64,000 bases of DNA from an uncultured Alphaproteobacteria bacterium (lineage in GTDB: Bacteria > Pseudomonadota > Alphaproteobacteria > Geminicoccales > Geminicoccaceae): positions 24,002-88,001 of the forward strand of contig CAWFGZ010000042.1 of the NCBI GenBank assembly GCA_963815435.1, read 5' to 3'. Positions 51,130-61,184 of the stretch are shown piece after piece (within the stretch, counting starts at the first letter, position 1; each line of letters opens with the position of its first letter). The position numbers were made by a program, and so were the translations under genes. Under the pieces are notes generated by a model, which was given only the letters and a program-made list of their open reading frames with translations, was not told the origin of the DNA and made no database searches.

Positions 51130-53352
51130 ATGGCCTTCGGTCGCTTCGCCGCCAAACCGCCCGCCAGACCGCTCGCCGAACCGCTCGGGTGTCTCGGGCG
51201 CGCCTGGCGCCGCGCCCGAATGCTTTACCAGGTCCTGCTGCTGGTCCGCTTCAGCGTGCTCCTCGGGGTCGTCTGCGGCCTGGTGCTCTTCTTCAACGAT
51301 CAGGCGCAGGACGTGCTCCGGGTGCTCGGCGAGGATGCCGACTGGGGCCGAATCGCGTGGTTCGTCCTTGCCACGCTGCTTAGCGCGCTCGTCGCCTGGT
51401 GGTCGGCCCGGGTGATGTTCTACTTCCGCTTCCGAAACCCGGCCTCCTGGCCGCACGTCTTCCCCAGGCTCAAGGAGTATCTGCCGCGCCTGCTCGGCGC
51501 CGCCGCCCTCCTCCTCGTCGCGGGCGCTCTGTTCAAGGCGTCGCTCAGCTACACGACTTGGACCTCCCGCCCCGGCGGCACGCTGCTGCTGCTCGCCGGC
51601 CTGTTTGTTCTGCTGGCGGCTGTCTTCGTGTACGTCACGACCTGGCGCCGGACCTGGTTCGCGCGCTGGATCGGCCCGAGGCCGCAGGGTCTCAGATCGC
51701 TTCGCGAATTGACCTGGCAGGCCTGGCTGCCGCTGGTCCTGGCTGCAGGCCTCGGCTTCGCGCTGATGGTGCTGCTCGCCTACCGGGCGGTCGCGATCGC
51801 GCCCGCCCTCGGCACGGCGACCGTGGCGATGCTGGCCGTGGTCGGCCTGATCCCGGTCGGCAGTGCGCTCGTCTATCTCGGCAATCGCGCGCGCCTGCCG
51901 GTCGTGAGCCTCGTGCTGATCTGGATGGTGATCTGCGCCTATGTCGCCGAGAACCACTATGTTCGTCCGTTCGCCGGCATGGACTCCTACCGCCTGCCGG
52001 CGCCGCCGCAATCGCCCCCGCCGCCCCAGCCCGAGCTCGAGGGCTATTTCGATGAGTGGGCCGCGGAGCTCGGGCCGAAGCCGGGCGCCGGGGTCCCGGT
52101 GTTCATCGTCGCGGCCGAAGGCGGCGGCATCCGGGCGGCCTATTGGACCGCGATCGTGCTGGGCGAGCTCGAGGACCGGGGCAGGGCGGCGGGGCTCGAC
52201 TTCGCCCGCCACGTCTTCGCGATCAGCGGCGTCTCGGGCGGCTCGCTCGGGGCCGCGACCTTCGCGGCGCTGATCGCCAATCAGCGCGCGGGCGCGGCAC
52301 CCAAGCCTCTCGCGGGATGCCCGGCCGATGAAGGGGTCGAGCCGCTGACCGTGCGCGGGCAGGCCGAGCGGATCCTCCGGCACGACTTTCTCGCGCCTAC
52401 GGTCGCGGTGATGCTGTTCCCCGATCTGTTCCAGCATACCGTGCCGCGAGGCTTCCTCAACGATCGTGCGGTCGCGCTCGAGCAGTCGTTCGAGGCCGCC
52501 TGGGACGCCTGCGAGCAAGGCGGCTGGTTTGGCCACCCGTTTCGGCTACTCTGGTCCGCGACGCCGGCGTTCGCGATTCCGCCCTTGTTCCTCAACAGCA
52601 CGGTCGTCGAGACCGGCCAGCGCCTGATCGCCGCGCCCGTGCGGGTCGCGGAGCCGAGCTTCAGCCAGGCGCTCGACAGCGAGCAGGCGATCGGCGCCGA
52701 GGTGGCGCTCAGCACCGCGGTCCATGACAGCGCCCGCTTTACCTATCTGAGCCCGGATGGCCTCGTCCGGCGCCAGGACGCTCCGGGCGAATGGCTCCGC
52801 CTGGTCGACGGCGGCTATTTCGAGAACTCGGGCGCGGTCACCGCCGGCGAGATCGTGCGCAACGTACGGTCAGCCTCGCAGAGTTTTGGCGCGGATGCCG
52901 TCCTGCCGATTGTGATCCACATCAGCAACGATCCGGAGACCACCGACCCGGCGGATCTTCTCGAGCAACGCAAATGGCTCGATCAGGCCCTCGCCCCGGT
53001 CAAGGCGCTCTTGAACACCCGCGCGGCGCGCGGCTTTCAGGCGCGCGAGGATCTCGCCAGGCGGGTCGCCGCCGACATCCACTTTCGCCTTTGCCGCAAC
53101 CGGGGTGAGGGCCGCGCCGAGCAGCGGAAGGAGCCGTTGCCGCTCGGCTGGGCGCTCTCTGGCCTCGCCCGGGCGGAGATGCGTCGCCAGCTCGGCGTCT
53201 CGGCCGACAGCAGCGACGACGACCCGATTGTCCGGCGCAATCGCGCCAACCTGGACCGGGTCCTTGCCTTGCTCAAAGGCGAGCCGGTCGGGACCGCGCC
53301 GGCCGACATCTGGACCTGCCCGAAGCCTGCCAAGGCCGTCGCAGCATCCTAG
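51130..53352 (+). CDS. patatin-like phospholipase with a large N-terminal polytopic membrane domain
   Basis: About 330 aa with about 7-8 hydrophobic segments, then AAEGGGIRAAYW (oxyanion GGGxR), ISGVSGGSLGAA (GxSxG) and LVDGGYFENSG (catalytic DGG). Intact over 2.2 kb. The start could also be 51220. Confidence 0.75.
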   Translation: MAFGRFAAKPPARPLAEPLGCLGRAWRRARMLYQVLLLVRFSVLLGVVCGLVLFFNDQAQDVLRVLGEDADWGRIAWFVLATLLSALVAWWSARVMFYFRFRNPASWPHVFPRLKEYLPRLLGAAALLLVAGALFKASLSYTTWTSRPGGTLLLLAGLFVLLAAVFVYVTTWRRTWFARWIGPRPQGLRSLRELTWQAWLPLVLAAGLGFALMVLLAYRAVAIAPALGTATVAMLAVVGLIPVGSALVYLGNRARLPVVSLVLIWMVICAYVAENHYVRPFAGMDSYRLPAPPQSPPPPQPELEGYFDEWAAELGPKPGAGVPVFIVAAEGGGIRAAYWTAIVLGELEDRGRAAGLDFARHVFAISGVSGGSLGAATFAALIANQRAGAAPKPLAGCPADEGVEPLTVRGQAERILRHDFLAPTVAVMLFPDLFQHTVPRGFLNDRAVALEQSFEAAWDACEQGGWFGHPFRLLWSATPAFAIPPLFLNSTVVETGQRLIAAPVRVAEPSFSQALDSEQAIGAEVALSTAVHDSARFTYLSPDGLVRRQDAPGEWLRLVDGGYFENSGAVTAGEIVRNVRSASQSFGADAVLPIVIHISNDPETTDPADLLEQRKWLDQALAPVKALLNTRAARGFQAREDLARRVAADIHFRLCRNRGEGRAEQRKEPLPLGWALSGLARAEMRRQLGVSADSSDDDPIVRRNRANLDRVLALLKGEPVGTAPADIWTCPKPAKAVAAS

Positions 53353-53412
53353 GACGCACCACCCCGAACGACGCCCCTTGCCAGATGGCGCCTTTCTCCC
53401 AATAGTCAGCCC

Positions 53413-55908
53413 ATGGCGCTGATGCCATCCGATCGGTCGCGCGTGCTCGCGGTGCTCGGGCCGACCAACACCGGCAAGACCCACTTTGCCGTCGAGCGGC
53501 TTCTGGCGCACCCGAGCGGCCTGATCGGCTGCCCGCTACGCCTGCTGGCGCGCGAGATCTACGACCGCGTCGCGGCCGCGAAGGGCGCGCATGCGGTTGC
53601 CCTGATCACCGGCGAGGAACGGATCGAACCGGCCACGGCGCGCTATTTCGTGGCCACGGTCGAGGCCATGCCGGTCGACCTCGACGTGAGCTTCCTTGCG
53701 GTCGACGAGATCCAGCTCTGTGCCGACGCCGAGCGCGGCCACGTGTTCACCGATCGCCTGCTGCGCGCCCGCGGCCGAGACGAGACCATGCTTCTCGGCG
53801 CCGACACCATCCGGCCCTTGCTCCGACAGCTGGTGCCCGAGGCCGAAGTGATCAGCCGGCCACGCTTCTCGACCCTCAGTTACACCGCGCCTGCCAAGGT
53901 GACCCGGCTGCCACGGCGGAGCGCCATCGTCGCGTTCACCGCCCAGGAGGTCTACGCGCTCGCCGAGCTGGTCCGCCGGCAGCGGGGCGGCGCCGCGGTC
54001 GTGCTCGGCGCGCTCAGCCCGCGCACGCGCAACGCCCAGGTCGCCCTCTACCAGGCCGGCGAGGTCGACTATCTGATCGCCACCGATGCGATCGGCATGG
54101 GCCTCAACATGGACGTCGGCCACGTCGCGCTGGCGAGCCTGGTCAAGTTCGACGGCCGCGAGCGGCGCCGCCTGCGCGCGCCCGAGATCGGGCAGATCGC
54201 GGGGCGCGCCGGCCGGCACATGCGGGACGGCACCTTCGGCACGACCCAGGAGGTCGGCGGCCTCGATCCCAAGACCGTCGAGGCCCTGGAGAGCCATACG
54301 TTCCCGGCCCTGCGGCAGCTGCGCTGGCGGAGCGCGGCGCTCGAGCTCGACTTCCTCGAGGGTCTCCTCGATTCGCTCGACCAGCCGCCGCCGGCAGCCT
54401 GCCTGCAACGGACCGGCAACGCCCTTGATCACGTCAGCCTCAAGGTGCTCGCCCGCCGCGCCGAAATCCGGGAGCGGGCGATGACGCCGGCCGGTGTCCG
54501 CCTGCTGTGGGCGGTCTGCCAGATTCCCGATTTTCGCAAGACCCTGACCGACGCCCATCTGCATCTGCTGGCGACCGTGTTCGGCCATCTGAGCGATCGG
54601 CGCGAGCTGCCGACCGACTGGGTCGCCGACCAGGTGGTCCGGCTCGAGCGGACCGATGGCGACATCGATTCACTGATCACGCGGCTCGCCCATATCCGCA
54701 CCTGGACCTACGTCGCCTATCACGCCGACTGGCTGCGCGACGCCCGGCACTGGCAGGAGCGGACCCGTGCGGTCGAGGACCAGCTCAGCGACGCCCTGCA
54801 TGATCGCCTGACCCAGCGCTTCGTCGACCGACGGACCCAGGCGCTGCTCAGGGGGCTGCAGAGCGACGAGCAGCTGGCGACAATCGAGGACGACGGTGCG
54901 ATCCTGGTCGAGGGCCGTCCGGTCGGCCGGCTGGAGGGGCTCCGCTACGTGCTCGAGCCGGGCGCCGCCGACGCCGAACGGCGGGCGCTGATCAGCGCCG
55001 CGCGCCGCGCCATCGTGCCCGAGATCCGGCGCCGTGCGAAGGCGCTCATCGCCGCGCCGGACGACGCCTTCGCCCTGGCCGATCGCGGCATCATCCAGTG
55101 GCGGGACGAAGCGCTCGCGCCGGTCGCGGTCGGCCGGCTGCGGCCCGGACCGACGCCGCTCGCGCCGCGCCTCGAGCTTCTGGTCGCGGACAGTCTGAGT
55201 GGCCCGGCGCGCGAGGCGGGCCGCCAGCGGCTGGCCCGCTGGCTGGATGCCCACCTTGCGGCACTGATGCGGCCGCTCCGCCAGCTCCAGGCGGCCGAGC
55301 TCGACGGACCCGGGCGCGGCCTCGCCTTCCTCCTGGTCGAGGGCCTGGGTAACCTGCGCACGAGCGGCGCCGCGCGCCCGATCCTGAAGGCACTCGGTGC
55401 TGCCGACCGGGCGCGGCTCACCCGGCTCGGCGTGCGCTTCGGCGTCCGGCACGTTTATTTGCCGGCGATGCTGAAGCCCGGCGTGATCGAGCTGCGCGCC
55501 CGGCTCTGGGCGACCCACCACCGCCACGCCGATGTGGCCGCGCTCCAGCCGGGGCACGTGGCGCTGCAGCTGGACACGACACTGCGCACCGGTCTTGCGG
55601 AAGCGATCGGGTTCGAAGCCTTCGGTCCGATCGGTCTGCGGGTCGACGTCGTCGAGCGTCTGGCAGCGCGTCTGCGTGCCCTCGCGCGGCACGGGCCGCT
55701 CGATCTGCCCGCCGAAGCGCTGGCGCTTACCGGCCTTGGCGCAACCGAGCTGGCCCCAGTGGTCGAAGCGCTCGGCTTCGGTCGGGACGGGGATGGACGC
55801 TACATACGGCGCAAGGCGCGCGCGCGACGCGCTCCGGCGCGGCGCGTGGGTTCGGACTCGGGCGGCTCGCCCTTTGCCGCGCTTGGCCGGATGCGGCGGA
55901 GCGGATGA
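53413..55908 (+). CDS. SUV3-like ATP-dependent RNA helicase (superfamily 2)
   Basis: LGPTNTGKTH (Walker A), AVDEIQL (DExH-type box II), ATDAIGMGLN, QIAGRAGR (motif VI), and a long C-terminal extension. 831 aa, intact. Confidence 0.85.
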   Translation: MALMPSDRSRVLAVLGPTNTGKTHFAVERLLAHPSGLIGCPLRLLAREIYDRVAAAKGAHAVALITGEERIEPATARYFVATVEAMPVDLDVSFLAVDEIQLCADAERGHVFTDRLLRARGRDETMLLGADTIRPLLRQLVPEAEVISRPRFSTLSYTAPAKVTRLPRRSAIVAFTAQEVYALAELVRRQRGGAAVVLGALSPRTRNAQVALYQAGEVDYLIATDAIGMGLNMDVGHVALASLVKFDGRERRRLRAPEIGQIAGRAGRHMRDGTFGTTQEVGGLDPKTVEALESHTFPALRQLRWRSAALELDFLEGLLDSLDQPPPAACLQRTGNALDHVSLKVLARRAEIRERAMTPAGVRLLWAVCQIPDFRKTLTDAHLHLLATVFGHLSDRRELPTDWVADQVVRLERTDGDIDSLITRLAHIRTWTYVAYHADWLRDARHWQERTRAVEDQLSDALHDRLTQRFVDRRTQALLRGLQSDEQLATIEDDGAILVEGRPVGRLEGLRYVLEPGAADAERRALISAARRAIVPEIRRRAKALIAAPDDAFALADRGIIQWRDEALAPVAVGRLRPGPTPLAPRLELLVADSLSGPAREAGRQRLARWLDAHLAALMRPLRQLQAAELDGPGRGLAFLLVEGLGNLRTSGAARPILKALGAADRARLTRLGVRFGVRHVYLPAMLKPGVIELRARLWATHHRHADVAALQPGHVALQLDTTLRTGLAEAIGFEAFGPIGLRVDVVERLAARLRALARHGPLDLPAEALALTGLGATELAPVVEALGFGRDGDGRYIRRKARARRAPARRVGSDSGGSPFAALGRMRRSG

Positions 55909-56198
55909 GCCCCGCCGAAATACCGCCGGCCGACGACGGCCTCCGGCTCGACAAGTGGCTCTGGCAGGCGCGCTTCTTCAAGACCCGTGCGCTCGCTGCC
56001 GCGCTGGTCGAGCGGCGCAGGATCCGGATCAACCGGCTGCCGATCGCCAAGCCGCACTACCGGGTCCGGCCAGGCGACGTCCTGACCTTCCCCCACGGCC
56101 GCACCATCCGGATCGTGCGCGTACTCGCCCTCGGCACCCGCCGTGGCCCGGCGGGCGAGGCGCAGGCGCTGTACGAGGACCTGCCCGATCAGGTCTGA
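55905..56198 (+). CDS. S4-domain RNA-binding protein (Hsp15/HslR-like)
   Basis: LRLDKWLWQARFFKTRALAAALVE..RIRIN......P...V.PGDVLTF. The start overlaps the helicase stop (ATGA at 55905-55908). Confidence 0.8.
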   Translation: MSPAEIPPADDGLRLDKWLWQARFFKTRALAAALVERRRIRINRLPIAKPHYRVRPGDVLTFPHGRTIRIVRVLALGTRRGPAGEAQALYEDLPDQV

Positions 56199-56278
56199 TC
56201 TGTCCGCCTCCCTTGCCCAGCCGATCGGGCGGACCTATACCTCGCCAAGCTTTGCCCCCGAAATGCCTCAAGTCAGCC

Positions 56279-58228
56279 ATGTCGAAGCCAACGATCCGAC
56301 AGCGAGCCCGCGCCAGTCTTGCCGTCCCCCTGCTGGCGGCACTGTGGTTCGGGCTGGCCTTCGCGCCGCTCGCCGGCTCGAGCGAGGCGGCCGCCCCACT
56401 GGCCCCACTGGCCGAAGGTCCCCTCGCACCGCCCAATACCTCGAGTTCCCGCGACACGCTGAGAAGCCTCAGCGCGAACATCTTCGACGCCTATCGGCTC
56501 TACGTCGACCAGAACTTCTATACGCGTCAGGCATCGCCGCAGATTCGCGACCACCTGCGCCGCGCGGTGCACTGCCTCGACCTCTCGGCAGTGCCGCCCG
56601 CGCTGATCCGCGACGTCGGCCTCGAAGCGGCGCTGATGCTGAAAGAGGTGCTCGACCGGATCGACCTGCCGGCCCCTGAAGACGTCCCGGGCGACGACAC
56701 CCACCCCCTGCCCGACAGATGGGTGGTGCCGGGGACCGAGATCACGATCGCGCGGGTCGCGAGCGGGCCGCATGCCGGCGAGTACCTGTTCACGCCAGAG
56801 ACGGTGGCGCGGGCAGAGGAGTTCTACAATCGCGTGCAGCACCTGCCTTATCAGCCCGGCGCCGCCGAAGGCTTCTACCGCCTCTATAAGTCCGCGCCGG
56901 GCTGGATGATCCCGCGCGCGGTCATGACGGCGATGCCCGCAGCGCTGAAGCGGCCCTATTTCGGCGAGGCCCTGTGGCAGTGGCTGGGCCTCGGGCTCCT
57001 GCTGCTCGGCGGCGGCGGCCTGCTCGGTCTGATCTTGGTGTGGCAGAGCCGGCGCTTCGGCGTCTTCGGCGAGCGACTTGGCTGCATGACGCTGCCGATC
57101 TCCGGCATGGCGCTCGCCAAGGGCCTGGGTTATCTGATCGACCAGCAGGTCGGCATCACCGGCGAGCTCCTTCTGTCGCTCGAGCTCGCCCTCGACTGCA
57201 TCTTCTATGCCTTCCTCGCGATCTTCGTGATCGCCCTCTCGGGCATCGTCATTCGCCTGATCCTGTCCTACGGCCGGTTCCGGCAACGGAGCATCGATGC
57301 CCATATGGTCCGGGTCTGCCTGCGCATCGTCATGATCGGCCTGCTCGGATGGGTTCTGGTCGTGGCGACGAGGTCCCTGGGCGTGCCGCTCACCGCGGTG
57401 CTCGCTGGCCTCGGCGTCGGCGGCCTGGCCTTCGCTCTGGCCGCCCAGAGCACGATCGAGAACGTGATCGGAGGCATCACGCTGTTCGCTGATCACCCGG
57501 TCCGGGTCGGCGACTTCTGCCAGTTCGGCGACAAGCTCGGCACGATCGAAGAGATCGGCCTGCGCTCGACCCGGGTGCGCACGCTGGATCGGACCGTGAT
57601 CACCGTGCCGAATGCCGAGTTCGCGAAGCTGCAACTGGAGAATTTGACCAGGCGCGATTGCATCCTGTTCAAGACCACGCTCGGTGTGCGCTACGAGACC
57701 ACGCCCGAGCAGCTTCGCCTCCTCCCGACCCGGCTGCGCGAGATGCTGCTCGCGCACCCAAAGCTGCTGCACGAGCCGCTGCGGGTGCGTTTCGCGGGCT
57801 TTGGCGCCTATTCGCTCGACTTCGACATATTCGCCTACATTCACACGCGCGACTGGGACGACTTCCTGGCGACCCGCGAGGAAATCTTGCTGCGCGTGGC
57901 GGACATCGTCGAGGAGGTCGGCACCTCCTTCGCCTTCCCCTCGCAGACCCACTACCTGGCCCGCGACAGCCTCGATGGAGCGGCCGCGGCTGGCGCCGGA
58001 GCGCCGCGCGAGGCGAGCCTCGAAGCGGCGCCGCCCTTCCCGGATCGCGCGGACGCACGACGCCAGCACGGGCAGCCAGCCCTCGATGCTCCGCCCGCAG
58101 CGACGGCGAACGGACCCGACGGCAGTCCCCGGGCTGACGAGGGCGGCGGGGGCCGGCGCGCCAAGGCTGCTCGCGTCGGACCGCGCCGGGGGCGCCGCCG
58201 TGGCGGCCGGACTGCGCCGGCTCGCTGA
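56279..58228 (+). CDS. mechanosensitive ion channel (MscS family) with large periplasmic N-terminal domain
   Basis: Signal peptide, about 250-aa periplasmic region and several TM segments, then the MscS core LAAQSTIENVIGGITLFADHPVRVGDFCQFGDKLGTIEEIGLRSTRVRTLDRTVITVPN. Gly/Arg-rich tail. Confidence 0.85.
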   Translation: MSKPTIRQRARASLAVPLLAALWFGLAFAPLAGSSEAAAPLAPLAEGPLAPPNTSSSRDTLRSLSANIFDAYRLYVDQNFYTRQASPQIRDHLRRAVHCLDLSAVPPALIRDVGLEAALMLKEVLDRIDLPAPEDVPGDDTHPLPDRWVVPGTEITIARVASGPHAGEYLFTPETVARAEEFYNRVQHLPYQPGAAEGFYRLYKSAPGWMIPRAVMTAMPAALKRPYFGEALWQWLGLGLLLLGGGGLLGLILVWQSRRFGVFGERLGCMTLPISGMALAKGLGYLIDQQVGITGELLLSLELALDCIFYAFLAIFVIALSGIVIRLILSYGRFRQRSIDAHMVRVCLRIVMIGLLGWVLVVATRSLGVPLTAVLAGLGVGGLAFALAAQSTIENVIGGITLFADHPVRVGDFCQFGDKLGTIEEIGLRSTRVRTLDRTVITVPNAEFAKLQLENLTRRDCILFKTTLGVRYETTPEQLRLLPTRLREMLLAHPKLLHEPLRVRFAGFGAYSLDFDIFAYIHTRDWDDFLATREEILLRVADIVEEVGTSFAFPSQTHYLARDSLDGAAAAGAGAPREASLEAAPPFPDRADARRQHGQPALDAPPAATANGPDGSPRADEGGGGRRAKAARVGPRRGRRRGGRTAPAR

Positions 58229-58246
58229 GCGCTCCGCCGGTGACGC

Positions 58247-59122
58247 TCACCCGCGCCGCGCCGGTCTGCCGGCGCGCGGCACCGCTTGTTCAGCGCGCTC
58301 GAGGTAGCCGTAGCGCCGCATCAGCCTGGCGAACCGCTCGAAGAGCGGCTGGAACACGCTGTGATCCTCGACTTCGCGCCATTGCTGCGCCTTGCCGACC
58401 CGGAAGAAGCCTTTATCCCGGACCGCCTCGACGAAACCGCGCTCGGCCTCCTGGCGTCTCAGCTGCTCGAACGAGGTTGCGGCGACGACCTCCTTGACCT
58501 CCTCGTCGGACAGCCGCTCGCCCAGAAACGCGGCGATCCGGCGGACGCCCGCCGCGGCGTTCGCCAGCAGATCCTCGTAGCGGAGCACCAGCAGAGGAAA
58601 TCGCTTCAGGCAGGTCCAGCCGGTGACGTGCTCGCCCCAGCTCATCAACAGTTCGGTCCTGCCGATCTGCTCGGATTTGAAATTGAAGGCCGAAGAGGTG
58701 CAAAGCGCCGCCACAGCCAGCCCCAACGGCAGCCTGTAGTGATAGGAAAAAGAGATCGCGACATCCCGAGGATCACGCAGAAGGTAAATCGCCGACTTGG
58801 TCAGGTTCGGATCAGGGAAATAGCCGTTGTCGAATTTCGCCGCTACGTTGTGTACCTTGACGAAGATCTCCTGATCGGAAGTCGAACAGATGGCGTGCTG
58901 GATCGCTGCCCAGTGGCGACGGATCTCGCCGGGCGCGGACGGCGGTACCTCGAAGCCATGCTCGGCGATATACCGCTCGGTCAGGCCCGAGAAGGCCGGT
59001 GCCGTGTCGCCGAAGGTGTTCAGATCGAACGGGCGCTCGGGATGGGCGATCCGGTCGACGATCGCCCGCAGCCAGGTGTTGCCGCTCTTCGGATAGCTCG
59101 CGAGCCAGGTGATCCGTCTCAT
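58247..59122 (-). CDS. PAPS-dependent sulfotransferase family protein
   Basis: SYPKSGNTWLR (5'-PSB loop) and LLRDPRDVAISFSYH (3'-PB motif). GC is locally lower. The start overlaps the YggS stop (ATGA at 59119-59122). Confidence 0.8.
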   Translation of the reverse strand: MRRITWLASYPKSGNTWLRAIVDRIAHPERPFDLNTFGDTAPAFSGLTERYIAEHGFEVPPSAPGEIRRHWAAIQHAICSTSDQEIFVKVHNVAAKFDNGYFPDPNLTKSAIYLLRDPRDVAISFSYHYRLPLGLAVAALCTSSAFNFKSEQIGRTELLMSWGEHVTGWTCLKRFPLLVLRYEDLLANAAAGVRRIAAFLGERLSDEEVKEVVAATSFEQLRRQEAERGFVEAVRDKGFFRVGKAQQWREVEDHSVFQPLFERFARLMRRYGYLERAEQAVPRAGRPARRG

Positions 59123-59865
59123 GAAGTCGTCTGGGCGCCGCGCCCGGCGTCGCTTGACCCGGCGGCGCCGGATTTCGGCGGCCGTTCGCCGAAGATCGCG
59201 CTGCCGACCCGCACGTGCGTCGCCCCGAACTGGACCGCGATCTCGTAGTCGGCGCTCATGCCCATGCTCAGCCCAGCGAGGCCGTTGCGTCTCGCGATCT
59301 TGGCGAGCAGCGCGAAGTGCAGGGACGGCTCCTCCTCGAGCGGCGGGATGACCATCAGACCGATCACCGGCAGGCCGAGGTCATCGCGGCACTCTCCGAT
59401 GAAGGCATCGGCGTCGCCCGGCCGGACGCCGGCCTTCTGGGCCTCCTCGCCGGTGTTGACCTGGATGAAGCAGGCCGGGCGCCGGCCCTGGCGCGCCATC
59501 TCGCGCGCGAGCGCCCGGGCGAGCTTCGGCCGGTCGAGGGTCTCGATGGCGTCGAACAGCTCGACCACCTCGCGCGCCTTGTTGGTCTGGACGGGGCCGA
59601 TCATGTGCACCTGGAGGTCCGGATGCCGCTCGCGCAGTGCCGGCCAGCGGGCCCTGGCCTCCTGCATGTAGTTCTCGCCGAACACGCGCTGCCCGGCCGC
59701 GAGCGCGGCGAGCACCCGCTCATCGGGCTGCGCCTTGCTGACCGCGACCAGGGTCACCTCGGAGGGCGCCCGCTCGACCGCGCGCGCGGCCGCCTCGATG
59801 CGGGCACGCACCGCGCGCAGATTGGCTTCGATCGACGGCTCGACGACGGGTTGTTCGGCGTGCAC
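59119..59865 (-). CDS. yggS: YggS family pyridoxal-phosphate homeostasis protein
   Basis: LVAVSKAQP (PLP Lys), [46 protein letters not shown] start. Confidence 0.85.
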   Translation of the reverse strand: MHAEQPVVEPSIEANLRAVRARIEAAARAVERAPSEVTLVAVSKAQPDERVLAALAAGQRVFGENYMQEARARWPALRERHPDLQVHMIGPVQTNKAREVVELFDAIETLDRPKLARALAREMARQGRRPACFIQVNTGEEAQKAGVRPGDADAFIGECRDDLGLPVIGLMVIPPLEEEPSLHFALLAKIARRNGLAGLSMGMSADYEIAVQFGATHVRVGSAIFGERPPKSGAAGSSDAGRGAQTTS

Positions 59866-59969
59866 GGTTATGCCAGGTTGCTGCCTCGCTCTGGAGCTTC
59901 GTCAGCATACTGAACATCCGAGCCCGGCTCAACGCGGAGCATGCCAAGGGTAAAGGAGGAACCCGGATC

Positions 59970-61184
59970 ATGCTGAAGCCTCCCTTCAGTTTCGATGAGA
60001 TCATGGCCCCGCTCGGCGCCGAGCGGTTCTTCGCCGAATACGAAGGCAAGCGCCCCCTGCACCTCAAGGGTGCCGCCGACAAGTTCGCCGAGGTGATGAC
60101 CTGGGCGAAGCTGAACGACCTGCTCGGCCAGGCGACCATCTGGACCGACGCCTCGCTGCTGCTCTGGCTCGACAAGGACCCGATCGCGGCGGCCCGCTAC
60201 TGCGACTCGGCGCTCAGTCGCGACGGCCGCAAGCAGGTGCTTCAGCCCAATCCGGAGAAAGTCAAAGACTTCCTGCGCCGCGGCGCCACCATGGCGGCCA
60301 ACTGGATCGACCACCTGAGCTCCGGGCTCACCGCCTTCGCGCACGCCCTGGAGGAGGACCTCGTCGGCAAGGTGCAGGCCAACCTCTACACGTCGTCACG
60401 CCGCCGCCAGGGGCTCGCCTCGCACCGCGACCGCCATGACGTCTACGCGGTGCACGTCGAGGGCACCAAGACCTGGCACATCTACGAAGGCCGCGCCGTC
60501 CAGCCGATCGCTCATGCCATCTGCAACACCACGCGGGACGAGGACGAGGAGGCGAAGGGGCGCCTGCTCATGGACGTCAAGATGGAGCCGGGCGATCTGC
60601 TCTATTTGCCGCGCGGCCAGTATCACGATGCGCTGGCCGATGAGGGCGGCGCCATGCACATCGCCTTTGGCGTGACCTATCCGGTCGGGCTGGACGTGCT
60701 GAGCCTCCTCTACGAGCGCGCGGTGGTGGAGCCCCTGTTCCGCACCAATCTGCCGCGCCCGCGCGGCCCCGATGCCGAGCGCGCGATGACCGAACGGATG
60801 GCCGAGCTGGCCGAGGGGGTCAGGCGGCTGCTCGCGGATCCGGCCACCGCGGCGCACATCCGGGCGATGCAGATGGCCTTCCACAACCTGCGCAACAGCT
60901 ACAATCTGCCCGAGCTGTTGAGCGAGCGGGCGGAGGATCGCTACCGGGTGCGGGACAAGGGCATCCGCCTGGTGCAGCAGGCGGGCCGCTTCGGTCTGGT
61001 GCGCCAGGGCACGCGCGCGGCGACCGAGGTGCCGGCTGACGTCAGCAAGATGGTCGGCTGGGTGCTCGAGCGCCAGGCGTTCTCGCGCAGCGAGCTCGCC
61101 GCCGCCTTTCCCGACCGCCAGGCCGGCCAGATCGACCAGCTGCTGCGCGACCTCGGTGCCATGCGGCTGACCGAAGCCGTCTGA
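59970..61184 (+). CDS. JmjC/cupin-4 family protein (2-oxoglutarate/Fe(II) oxygenase-like)
   Basis: SHRDRHDVYAVHVEGTKTWHIY (HxD) and GDLLYLPRGQYHDA (distal His). There is an additional about 170-aa C-terminal region. Confidence 0.7.
   Translation: MLKPPFSFDEIMAPLGAERFFAEYEGKRPLHLKGAADKFAEVMTWAKLNDLLGQATIWTDASLLLWLDKDPIAAARYCDSALSRDGRKQVLQPNPEKVKDFLRRGATMAANWIDHLSSGLTAFAHALEEDLVGKVQANLYTSSRRRQGLASHRDRHDVYAVHVEGTKTWHIYEGRAVQPIAHAICNTTRDEDEEAKGRLLMDVKMEPGDLLYLPRGQYHDALADEGGAMHIAFGVTYPVGLDVLSLLYERAVVEPLFRTNLPRPRGPDAERAMTERMAELAEGVRRLLADPATAAHIRAMQMAFHNLRNSYNLPELLSERAEDRYRVRDKGIRLVQQAGRFGLVRQGTRAATEVPADVSKMVGWVLERQAFSRSELAAAFPDRQAGQIDQLLRDLGAMRLTEAV

Noticed and set aside
51130-55908. Patatin-like lipase + helicase as a two-gene anti-phage defence system
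   Set aside because: The helicase is the housekeeping-type SUV3 homologue coupled to an S4 protein. A 60-nt gap separates it from the lipase gene. There is no nucleotide-second-messenger synthase or other defence hallmark, and GC is like the core genome.
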